Source: Rebecca billardiae RCC1528
Lineage: Eukaryota; Protista; Haptophyta
Length of the DNA stretch: 64,000 nucleotides
Direction: 5' to 3'
Assembly: GCA_965240325.2 (NCBI GenBank)
Contig: OZ251236.1
Location: 1,550,001 to 1,614,000 of the forward strand
Shown here one piece after another: positions 47,119-59,100 of the stretch. The position numbers and the translations under genes are program-made. The notes below the pieces were generated by a model. That model was not told the DNA's origin. It saw nothing but the letters and a program-made list of their open reading frames with translations, and made no database searches. How positions within the stretch are numbered: position 1 is the first letter of the stretch; every line of letters starts with the position of its first letter.

Positions 47119-50100
47119 ATGCGTGTGCCACAACCAGTCCTGCTCGCCGCCGTGCTGCTCGCCGCGCTGCCTGCCACGCGAGCGCAGACGAGCCCGCCGC
47201 CCTCTCCGCCACCCAGCCCGCCGCCGTCGCCAACTGCGGTCGTGCTCGGCCAGACGAAGATCTCGGCCACGCAGGGCGGGCTGGCTCAGGCGCTGCAGGA
47301 TGGCGACGAATTTGGCACCGCCGTCGCCAGCCTGGGCGACGTCGACGGCGACGGCGTGCCCGACGCGTTTGTCGGCGCGCCGTGGGATGCGATCAACGCC
47401 AACATCGGCGGCGCGGGGTACGTGCTGCTGATGAACGCAGAGGGCACGGTGAAGGCGGAGACGCGCATCGCCGAGCAGGAGGGCGGCTTCACCGAGTCTT
47501 TCTCCGGCCAGGCGCACTTCATCGGCGGCTCGGCCGCCGGCCTGGGCGACCTGGACGGCGACGGCGTGCCGGACATGCTGATGGCGCAGGGCGACAAGGC
47601 CGGCTCGACGATCTGGACGCTCTTCCTCAACACGGACGGCACGGTCAAGTCGTACGTCAAGATCGCGCCCGGCGAGGGCGACCTCGCAGACCTCGGCACT
47701 GACAAGTTTGGCAACACAGTCGCGGTGCTCGGCGACGTCGACGGCGACGGCGTCGTCGATGCCCTCGTGGGCGCGGGCCGGCGCGACACGCAGTCGGCCT
47801 TCGTCCTCTTCCTGCGCACCGACGGCAGCGCGAAGGGGTACCAGGAGATCTCCGAGGCGGCGGGCGGGCTGGCCGCCTCGCCGTTCGTCAACGGCACCTG
47901 GGGCAACGCCGTGTGCGCGGCCGGTGACGTGAATGGCGACGGCATACCAGACGCGGCCGTGGGCGACGAAAAGTACGAGGACGGCGGACTCAAGTACGGC
48001 GCGCTGTACGTGCTGATGCTCCACAGGAACGGCACGGTGAAGGCGGAGGCGTTCATCAGCAAGGACGAGCTGAGCCTTCTGGCGGCCGGGCACAAGCTCG
48101 GCTCGGCGTGCGAAGGGCTGGGCGACCTCGACGGTGACGGTGTGCCAGACCTGGCGGTGGGCGCGAAAGAGGCTGGCTCCGGCGAGCAGGGCGGGGTGTT
48201 CATTCTGAACCTCAACTCGGACGGCAGCGTGAAGGCGTCGGCTGAGATCAGCCAGGGCGTGGGCGGGCTCAGCGCGAGCGGGCTCGACGAACTCGACCAG
48301 TTTGGCAGCGGCCTCGGCTTCCTGGGCGACCTCGACGGCGACGGCTCCCCAGAGCTGATGGTCGGGGCGCGGTGGGACGATGATGGCTTCGACAAAGCGG
48401 GTGCGGTGTACGTGCTCACGCTCGCCACGCCGCCCTCGTCGCCGAAACCGCCGCCCAGCCCGCCGCCGAGCTCGCCGCCGCCGAGCCCGCCGCCGAGCCC
48501 GCCGCCGAGCCCGCCACCACCATCGCCGCCCCCGAGCCCGCCGCCCAGCCCGCCGCCGCCAAAGGCGCCGCCGAGCCCGCCGCCATCGCCACCACCAACG
48601 CCACCGCCCAGCCCGCCGCCGAGCCCGCCGCCGAGCCCGTCGCCGCCGAAACCGCCGCCGAGCCCGCCGCCGTCGCCACCACCATCGCCGCCGCCGAGCC
48701 CGCCGCCGAGTCCGCCGCCGTCGCCACCACCATCGCCGCCGCCGAGCCCGCCGCCCAGCCCGCCGCCGCCGAAGCCGCCGCCGAGCCCGCCGCCATCGCC
48801 ACCACCATCGCCACCGCCGAGCCCGCCGCCGAGCCCGCCGCCGAGCCCGTCGCCGCCGAAACCGCCGCCGAGCCCGCCGCCGTCGCCACCACCAACGCCA
48901 CCGCCAAGCCCGCCGCCGAGCCCGCCGCCGAACCCGTCGCCGCCGAGCCCACCGCCGAGCCCGCCGCCGTCGCCACCACCATCGCCACCGCCAAGCCCGC
49001 CGCCGAGCCCACCGCCGAGCCCGCCGCCGCCGAGCCCGCCGCCATCGCCACCGCCGTCGCCACCGCCGAGCCCGCCGCCGAGCCCGCCGCCATCGCCACC
49101 GCCATCGCCACCGCCGAGCCCGCCGCCGAGCCCGCCGCCGAGCCCGCCGCCCCCGAGCCCGCCGCCGAGCCCGCCACCGTCGCCACCACCATCACCGCCG
49201 CCGAGCCCGCCGCCGCCGAGCCCGCCGCCGTCGCCGCCGCCAAGCCCGCCACCCTCCCCGCCGCCGTCACCACCACCGCCCACGCCGCCACCAAGCCCGC
49301 CGCCGACACCACCGCCCTCCCCGCCGCCGAGCCCGCCACCGCCGAGCCCGCCACCGAGCCCGCCGCCTGCCCCTCCGCCCAGCCCGCCGCCGAGCCCGCC
49401 ACCGCCATCGCCACCACCGTCGCCGCCGCCGAGCCCGCCACCCAGCCCGCCGCCAAGCCCGCCGCCAAGCCCGCCGCCCAGCCCGCCGCCCAGCCCGCCG
49501 CCCAGCCCGCCGCCGCCGTCCCCTCCACCATCGCCACCGCCATCTCCGCCGCCGTCGCCGCCACCCTCGCCGCCGCCGCCATCGCTGCCGCCGAGCCCGC
49601 CGCCGAGCCCGCCGCCGAGCCCGCCGCCGAGCCCGCCGCCGCCGAGCCCTCCGCCGAGCCCGCCGCCGAGCCCACCACCGAGCCCGCCGCCATCGCCGCC
49701 GCCGCCGAGCCCGCCGCCGAGCCCGCCACCATCACCACCGCCGTCGCCGCCACCGAGCCCGCCGCCGCCATCGCCGCCGCCGTCGCCACCGCCGAGCCCG
49801 CCACCGAGCCCGCCGCCATCGCCACCGCCATCGCCACCGCCGAGCCCGCCGCCGAGCCCGCCGCCATCGCCACCGCCGTCGCCACCGCCGAGCCCGCCGC
49901 CGAGCCCGCCGCCATCGCCACCGCCGTCGCCACCGCCGAGCCCGCCGCCGAGCCCGCCGCCGAGCCCGCCGCCGCCGAGCCCGCCGCCGAGCCCGCCACC
50001 GTCGCCGCCACCATCACCGCCGCCGAGCCCGCCGCCGCCGAGCCCGCCGCCGTCGCCGCCGCCAAGCCCGCCACCAAGCCCGCCGCCGTCACCACCACCG

Positions 50101-53100
50101 CCCACGCCGCCGCCAAGCCCGCCGCCGACACCACCGCCCTCCCCGCCGCCGAGCCCGCCGCCGCCGAGCCCGCCACCGAGCCCGCCGCCTGCCCCTCCGC
50201 CCAGCCCACCGCCGAGCCCGCCACCGCCATCGCCACCACCGTCGCCGCCGCCGAGCCCGCCACCCAGCCCGCCGCCAAGCCCGCCGCCCAGCCCGCCGCC
50301 CAGCCCGCCGCCCAGCCCGCCGCCCAGCCCGCCGCCGCCGTCCCCTCCACCATCGCCACCGCCATCTCCGCCGCCGTCGCCGCCACCATCGCCGCCGCCG
50401 CCATCGCCGCCACCAAGCCCGCCGCCGAGCCCGCCGCCGAGCCCGCCGCCGAGCCCGCCGCCGCCGAGCCCTCCGCCGAGCCCGCCGCCGAGCCCACCAC
50501 CGAGCCCGCCGCCATCGCCGCCGCCGCCGAGCCCGCCGCCGAGCCCGCCACCATCACCACCGCCGTCGCCGCCACCGAGCCCGCCGCCGCCATCGCCGCC
50601 GCCGTCGCCACCGCCGAGCCCGCCACCGAGCCCGCCGCCATCGCCACCGCCATCGCCACCGCCGAGCCCGCCGCCGAGCCCGCCGCCATCGCCACCGCCG
50701 TCGCCACCGCCGAGCCCGCCGCCGAGCCCGCCGCCATCGCCACCGCCGTCGCCGCCGCCGAGCCCGCCGCCGAGCCCGCCGCCGAGCCCGCCGCCCCCGA
50801 GCCCGCCGCCGAGCCCGCCACCGTCGCCGCCACCATCACCGCCGCCGAGCCCGCCGCCGCCGAGCCCGCCGCCGTCGCCGCCGCCAAGCCCGCCACCAAG
50901 CCCGCCGCCGTCACCACCACCGCCCACGCCGCCGCCAAGCCCGCCGCCGACACCACCGCCCTCCCCGCCGCCGAGCCCGCCGCCGCCGAGCCCGCCACCG
51001 AGCCCGCCGCCTGCCCCTCCGCCCAGCCCGCCGCCGAGCCCGCCACCGCCATCGCCACCACCGTCGCCGCCGCCGAGCCCGCCGCCGTCGCCGCCGCCGC
51101 CGAGCCCGCCGCCGAGCCCGCCACCATCGCCACCACCATCGCCGCCACCGAGCCCGCCGCCGCCTTCGCCGCCGCCGTCGCCACCGCCGAGCCCGCCACC
51201 GAGCCCGCCGCCATCGCCACCGCCATCGCCACCGCCGAGCCCGCCGCCGAGCCCGCCGCCATCGCCACCGCCGTCGCCACCGCCGAGCCCGCCGCCGAGC
51301 CCGCCGCCGAGCCCGCCGCCCCCGAGCCCGCCGCCGAGCCCGCCGCCGTCGCCACCACCCTCCCCGCCGCCGAGCCCGCCGCCGCCGAGCCCGCCGCCGT
51401 CGCCGCCGCCGAGCCCGCCACCCTCCCCGCCGCCGTCACCACCACCGCCCACGCCGCCGCCAAGCCCGCCGCCGACACCACCGCCCTCCCCGCCGCCGAG
51501 CCCGCCGCCGCCGAGCCCGCCACCGAGCCCGCCGCCTGCCCCTCCGCCCAGCCCGCCGCCGAGCCCGCCACCGCCATCGCCACCACCGTCGCCGCCGCCG
51601 AGCCCGCCACCCAGCCCGCCGCCAAGCCCGCCGCCCAGCCCGCCGCCCAGCCCGCCGCCCAGCCCACCGCCCAGCCCGCCGCCGCCGTCCCCTCCACCAT
51701 CGCCACCGCCATCTCCGCCGCCGTCGCCGCCACCCTCGCCGCCGCCGCCATCGCCGCCACCAAGCCCGCCGCCGAGGCCGCCGCCGAGCCCGCCGCCGAG
51801 CCCGCCGCCGCCGAGCCCTCCGCCGAGCCCGCCACCAAGCCCACCGCCGAGCCCGCCGCCATCGCCGCCGCCGCCGAGCCCGCCGCCCAGCCCGCCGCCA
51901 TCGCCGCCACCGAGCCCTCCGCCGAGTCCCCCACCGCCATCGCCGCCGCCGTCGCCACCGCCGAGCCCGCCACCGAGCCCGCCGCCATCGCCACCGCCAT
52001 CGCCACCGCCGAGCCCGCCGCCGAGCCCGCCGCCATCGCCACCACCGTCGCCACCGCCGAGCCCGCCGCCGAGCCCGCCGCCATCGCCACCGCCATCGCC
52101 GCCGCCGAGCCCGCCGCCGAGCCCGCCGCCGAGCCCGCCGCCCCCGAGCTCGCCGCCGAGCCCGCCACCGTCGCCACCACCATCACCGCCGCCGAGCCCG
52201 CCGCCGCCGATCCCGCCGCCGTCGCCGCCGCCAAGCCCGCCACCAAGCCCGCCGCCGTCACCACCACCGCCCACGCCACCACCAAGCCCGCCGCCGACAC
52301 CACCGCCCTTCCCGCCACCGAGCCCGCCGCCGCCGAGCCCGCCACCGAGCCCGCCGCCTGCCCCTCCGCCCAGCCCGCCGCCGAGCCCGCCACCGCCATT
52401 GCCACCACCGTCGCCGCCGCCGAGCCCGCCACCCAGCCCGCCGCCAAGCCCGCCGCCAAGCCCGCCGCCCAGCCCGCCGCCCAGCCCGCCGCCCAGCCCG
52501 CCGCCGCCGTCCCCTCCGCCATCGCCACCGCCATCTCCGCCGCCGTCGCCGCCACCCTCGCCGCCGCCGCCATCGCCGCCACCAAGCCCGCCGCCGAGCC
52601 CGCCGCCGAGCCCGCCGCCGAGCCCGCCGCCGCCGAGCCCTCCGCCGAGCCCGCCACCAAGCCCACCGCCGAGCCCGCCGCCATCGCCGCCGCCGCCGAG
52701 CCCGCCGCCCAGCCCGCCGCCATCGCCGCCACCGAGCCCTCCGCCGAGTCCCCCACCGCCATCACCACCTCCGTCGCCACCGCCGAGCCCGCCACCGAGC
52801 CCGCCACCGAGCCCGCCGCCGCCGAGCCCGCCACCGAGCCCGCCGCCGACGCCACCGCCGTCGCCACCGCCATCACCACCGCCACCGAGCCCGCCGCCGA
52901 GCCCGCCACCGTCGCCACCGCCGAGCCCGCCGCCGAGCCCGCCGCCGCCAAGCCCCCCGCCCAGCCCGCCGCCCAGCCCGCCGCCGAGCCCGCCGCCATC
53001 GCCGCCGCCGCCGAGCCCGCCGCCGAGCCCGCCACCATCGCCGCCACCGAGCCCTCCGCCGAGCCCGCCACCGCCATCATCACCTCCGTCGCCTCCGCCG

Positions 53101-56100
53101 AGCCCGCCACCCACCCCACCGCCGAGCCCGCCGCCCCCAAGCCCGCCTCCGAGCCCGCCACCGACACCGCCGCCATCGCCGCCGCCAAGCCCGCCGCCAC
53201 CGAGCCCGCCACCGTCGCCACCGCCGAGCCCGCCGCCGAGCCCGCCGCCGAGCCCGCCGCCGCCGAGCCCGCCGCCGAGCCCGCCGCCGACACCACCGCC
53301 ATCGCCACCGCCATCGCCTCCGCCACCGAGCCCACCGCCAAGCCCGCCGCCATCGCCGCCACCGAGCCCGCCGCCCAGCCCGCCGCCGCCGTCTCCACCG
53401 CCATCGCCCCCGCCATCTCCGCCACCGTCGCCGCCGCCGTCGCCGCCGCCGCCATCGCCGCCACCAAGCCCGCCGCCGAGCCCGCCGCCGAGCCCGCCGC
53501 CGAGCCCGCCGCCGCCAAGCCCTCCGCCGAGCCCGCCACCAAGCCCACCGCCGAGCCCGCCGCCATCGCCGCCGCCGCCGAGCCCACCGCCGAGCCCGCC
53601 ACCATCGCCGCCACCGAGCCCTCCGCCGAGCCCGCCACCGCCATCACCACCTCCGTCGCCTCCGCCGAGCCCGCCACCGAGCCCTCCGCCGAGCCCGCCG
53701 CCCCCAAGCCCGCCTCCGAGCCCGCCGCCGACACCACCGCCTTCGCCACCGCCATCGCCGCCGCCGCCGAGCCCCCCGCCGATTCCCCCGCCGAGCCCGC
53801 CTCCGGCGCCGCCGCCCAGCCCGCCGCCGCCCAGCCCGCCGCCATCGCCACCGCCGTCGCCGCCGCCGTCGCCACCGCCGTCGCCGCCACCGCCAAGCCC
53901 GCCACCGAGCCCGCCGCCAGCCCCGCCCCCGAGTCCGCCGCCGCCGAGCCCGCCACCGAGCCCGCCACCATCGCCGCCGCCGAGCCCTCCGCCGAGCCCG
54001 CCGCCGCCCAGCCCGCCGCCATCGCCGCCGCCCAGCCCGCCACCCAACCCGCCGCCATCGCCGCCGCCCAGCCCGCCGCCCAGTCCGCCGCCGGCACCGC
54101 CACCGAGCCCGCCACCGCCGTCTCCGCCGCCAAGCCCGCCGCCCAGCCCACCGCCATCGCCGCCGCCGAGCCCACCACCGCCGAGCCCGCCGCCATCCCC
54201 GCCTCCCTCGCCACCGCCGGTGCCGCCGCCCAGCCCGCCGCCGCCATCGCCGCCGCCCTCGCCGCCGCCCATCTCTCCACCCTCGCCACCGCCAAGCCCG
54301 CCACCGCCCTCGCCGCCGCCGAGCCCGCCGCCCGCCAGTCCGCCGGCGCCACCACCAAGTCCACCGCCGCCCAGCCCACCACCAACGCCACCGCCGAGCC
54401 CGCCACCGTCGCCGCCGCCGTCGCCGCCACCACCCGGCGCGCCGCCCTCGCCGCCGCCGAGCACGCCGCCCCTGCACCCGCCCGCGCCGCCGCCGAGCCC
54501 ACCACCATCGCCTCCGCCCTCGCCGCCGCCTCAGCCCCCGCCTCCGCTTCCCCCGCCGAGCCCGCCACCGAGCCCGCCGCCGAATCCACCGCCGTCGCCG
54601 CCGCCGCCAAGCCCGCCGCCCGCCCCGCCGCCCGCCCCGCCCCCGCAGCCACCGCCGTCGCCGCCGCCGCCGGGCTTGCCACCAAGCCCGCCGCCGAGCC
54701 CGCCGCCCGCGCCGCCGCCGCGCCCGCCGCCGCCCAGCCCGCCGCCCAACCCGCCGCCGTCGCCGCCGCCGAGCCCGCCGCCCAACCCTCCACCTCCAAG
54801 CCCACCGCCAAGCCCACCCCCTTCGCCGCCGCCGACGCCGCCGCCTCCCGGGCCACCGCCGTCGCCGCCGCCCGCTCCACCGCCACAGGCGCCACCGCCG
54901 CCGCCACCGACGCCGCCGCCGAGCCCGCCGCCCTCGCCGCCGCCCTCGCCGCCGCCGCTCCCACCACCGCCCAGCCCGCCGCGCCCGCCGCCGTTCGTGC
55001 CGCCGCCGCTGCCGCCAAGCGCGTCCCCGCCGCCGAGCGCGCCGCCGCCGTCCGCGCCGCCGTCGCCCCCTCCGCTCTCCCCGCCGCCCTCTCCGCCCGG
55101 CAGCTCGTCCTACCTCGGCCTCACGCTCGACGCCGAGCCGAGCGCGTACGGCACACAGGCGGCGCAGCGGGCGCTGGCCGACGGCCTCGCGAGCGCGGCG
55201 GCCATCCCGGCCGAGTGGGTGGGCGTGGTCTCCGTGTCGGCCGCGTCGGTGCGCGTGGTGCTGCGCGTCTTCCAGCCGAGCGACCCGGCCGCCCCCGACG
55301 CGGCCGCCGCGCTGCAGGCGCTCTCAGCGGAGGGCCTGGGCGCCTCGCTCGGCGTGGGCGTGCTCGTGACGCCCGAGCCGCTCGTCGCGGGCTGCTCCGA
55401 GCCGGGCGCGGCCAACTACGAGCCCGGAGTCGAAGTGGACGACGGCAGCTGCGTGGCTCACTCGCCGCCGCCGCCGGCGTCGCCGCCGAGCGCGCCGCCG
55501 AGCCCGCCGCCCGCGTCGCCGCCGCCGAGCCCGCCGCCGAGCCCGCCGCCGAGCCCGCCGCCGCCGAGCCCACCGCCCCTTCTGCCACCGCCGCCGCGCG
55601 TGGCTCCGTTCCCACCGCCGAGCCCGCCGAGCCCGCCGCCCGCGCCGCCGCCCAGCCCGCCGCCGAGCCCGCCGCCGGGCGCGCCGCCCGCACCGCCGCC
55701 GAGCGCGCCGCCGAGCGCGCCACCGAGCGAGCCACCGAGCGCGCCGCCGCCGGCGCCACCGCCGTCCTCGCCGCCGCAGCCGCCGCCGCGCCCGCCGCCG
55801 CGCCCGCCGCCGCCGAGCCCGCCGCCGGCCCTGCCGCCGCCGCCTCGCGCTGAGCCGTTCCCGCCGCCTGCGCCGCCAAGCCCGCCGCCGCGCCCGCCTC
55901 CGCCGCGCCCGCCGCCGAGCCCGCCACCGAGCCCGCCGCCCTTGCCGCCGCCGCCACCACCCGGCACGCCCCCGGCGTCGCCGCCCTCGCCACCGCCGCC
56001 GCCGCCGCCGCACGCGCCGCCTCTGCTGCCGCCCTCGCCGCCGCCCTCGCCACCGCCGATGCCGCCGCTGCCGTCGCTGCCACCCTCGCCGCCGCCTCGC

Positions 56101-59100
56101 CCGCCGCCGCCGAGTGCGCCGCCCTCGCCGCCGCCGCCGCCGCGCACCGAGCCGTTCCCGCCGCCGGCGCCGCCGAGCCCGCCGCCGAGCCCGCCGCCGA
56201 GCCCGCCCCCGCCGAGCCCACCACCCAGCCCGCCACCATCCCCACCGCCAAGCCCGCCCTCGCCGCCTCCGCTGCCTCCGCCGCGTGATCCGCCGAGCGC
56301 GCCGCCGAGCGCGCCGCCCACGCCGCCGCCCTCGCCGTCGCCGCGCCCGCCGCCTGGCGCGCCGCCGAGCTCGCCGCCGATGCCGCCGCCGAATCTGCCG
56401 CCGCACGCGCCGCCGCCGCACCCGCCGCCCAGTCCGCCGCCTGGCACACCGCCGCCGATGCCTCCGCCCTCGCCGCCGCCTACGCCGCCGCCGCCGAGCC
56501 CGCCACCGTCTCTGCCGCCGCCGCCGCGCACGGAGCCGTTCCCGCCGCCGGCGCCGCCGAGTCCGCCGCCGAATCCGCCGCCGAGCCCGCCACCGCAGAG
56601 TCCGCCGCCGAGCCCCTCTCCGCCTTCGTCCCCCAGCCCGCCCTCGCCGCCTCCGCCGCCTCCGCCGACCACGCCGCCGAGCGAGCCGCCGACCACGCCG
56701 CCAGCACCGCCGCCCACGCCACCGCCACCGCCGCCGCCGCCCGCGCCGCCGCCGCGCCCGCCGCCGGTGCCGCCGACACCGCCGCCGCCGCCGCGCACGG
56801 AGCCCTTCCCGCCGCCGGCGCCGCCGAGCCCGCCGCCAAGCCCACCTCCGTCACCACCGCCCAGCTCGCCACCGCCGCCGCCGCCATCGCCGCCGCCATC
56901 GCCGCCGCCGGGCCCGCCGCCGCACCCGCCGCCGAGCTCTCCGCCGCCGCTGCCGCCACCCAGCCCGCCGCCGCCGCCGCCGCCCGCGATCCGCGTGAGC
57001 GTGCTCGGCGGCAGCCGCGAGGGCGCGCCGCTCGGCTCGGACGACGCGGCGCTCGAGCTCGAGGGTGCGGGCTTTGACAGCCTGGCCGGCGGCGCGTTTG
57101 GCGAGATCCAGTGCGCCTTCACGCGCGCCGACGGCGGCGGGGACGGTGGCGGCCCGCTGCTCTCGGGCGCGACGGTGCTGAGCGACGCGCGGCTGCGCTG
57201 CGCCATGCCCGCCGCCGCCTCGTCCGGCGCCCCCTCCGCCGCGGGCGCGTACACCGTCGGCCTCGCCCTCGGCGCCGTGGGCGCGTCCACGGACGTGGAT
57301 GTCTCCGGGCTCTTCGGCCCGGTCTCGTTTGAGCTGTACGACATGGCGGCCGTGTCGGTGCTCGAGCTGCGCCCGCCGGGCGGGCCGGTGGGCGGCGGCA
57401 CGGCGGTCACGCTCGTGGGCTCGGGCTTTGCCGAGTACGGCGAGGGCCAGCTGTGCTGCGTGCTCGGCGGCGGCGGCTGCGCGGCGGCGGCGACGCTGCT
57501 GCCGCCGTCGGCGGCGGCGCCAACCCTGAGCCGCGCGCGCTGCGTGCTGCCGCCGCCGCTGGGCGGCGCGGCGGGCAGCGTGGCGCTCGAGCTCTCGCTT
57601 GGCGGCGGCAGCGCCGACTCGACCACCGCCTCGGCGCTGCCCTTCCTCGCGTACGACCCGCCCACCCTCGGCTCCGTCAGCCCGGCGAGCGGCGACGCGA
57701 ACGGCGGCACGGAGGTGACGATCGGGGGCGCGGGCTTCGACGCGCTGGCCGGCGGCGCGCTGCTGGCCGTGCGCTTCGGCGACGCGCCCGCGCAGCCGCC
57801 GGCGCGCGTCACGGCGGGCGAGGTTGTCGTCTCCACGCGGTACGGCGCCGCGGGCCGCGCGCAGCTCCGCGTCTCGCTCAACGGCCAGCAGTTCACGCCC
57901 GCGGCCGCCGCGACGCCGCCGCCCGCGGGTGCGCTCGCGTTCACGTTCGTCGGCCTGCACGCGCCCGTGCTCGAGGGTGTGGCGTTCAACGGCGCGGCGA
58001 CGCTGATGGTGCTGCGCTTCGACGCGCAGCCGACCGACCGCGCGGGCATGGGCAGCGGCATGGGCGAGTGCTCGCGCGTCCTCGACGACGACACCGTCGC
58101 GCTGGTCGGCGGCGGCGCGGCCGCGGCCGCGGCCGCGCCGCCGCAGTGCTACTGGACGGACGACTCGACGCTCGTCGCGCGGCTGAGCTCGGCGACGCTC
58201 GTGCGCGCCGGCTCGGAGGTGGGCGTGCGCGCGGGCGCGCTGCGCCCCGAGCAGTGCGGCACGCCGTGCGCCGCCGCCCTCGCCTCCGCCGCCGCGCGCG
58301 CCGCCATCGACGCGGACGCGCCGTGCGGCGAGGGCGTGCCGTGCCCGACGCCTGTCGCAGCCGTGTCGGGCCCGGCGGTGCTCTCGGCGTGCCCGGGCGC
58401 GTCGCTCGCGCTCGACGGCTCCGCCTCGTCGCGCGGCGGCATCGGGCCCGCCGCCTTTGAGTGGCGCGTCGACCCGAGCCGCTCGGCGCGCGCGGCGTCG
58501 CTCAACGCGCGGCTGAGCGCGCTGCCGGCGCGCACGCCTCAGCTCTCGCTCGGCGGGCCCGGTGCGGCCTCGCCGACCGAGCTCGGCGTGAGCGGCTCGT
58601 TCGTGTTCGTGCTGCGCGTCACGTCGTTCCTTGGCGTGCCCTCCGCGCCCGCCGAGTGGCCCGTGTCGCGCGGCGACGGCGCCAGCCCGATCCTCGCCAT
58701 CGACGGCGCGCCCGAGCTGCGCGCGCGCGCCTCCGAGCCCACGCTGCTGAGCGGGCGCGCGGAGCTCGCGCCGTGCTGGCCGCCGAGCTTCGAGCCGGCG
58801 ATGGTGTTCAGCTGGGCGCTCGAGGGCGCGGCGCAGGTGGGCGGCGGCGCGAACGCGAGCAGCAGCGCCTCCGCCGGCGAGCTCGCCGCCGCGACGGACG
58901 TGCTGCTCGCGCGCCTCGCGTCCGCGCGCACCGCGGTGCTGCAGCTGCCGCCGCACTCGCTGGCCGCCGGCTGGGCGTACGACCTGGCGCTCACGGCGAG
59001 GATGGCGGCGGCACCCGCGCAGGCGTCGACGGCACGCGTGCGCGTGCGCGTCGCGCGGCAGCCGCTGCGCGCGGTGATCGCCGGCGGCGACCGCCGCGTG

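Noticed and set aside
14298-55369. Very long Gly-rich, Ala-rich and Arg-rich ORFs on the antisense strand and alternative frames (e.g. 29592..36827, 47286..54464, 30686..37924)
   Set aside because: Shadows of the stop-poor CCG-rich Pro repeat; no independent domain content.
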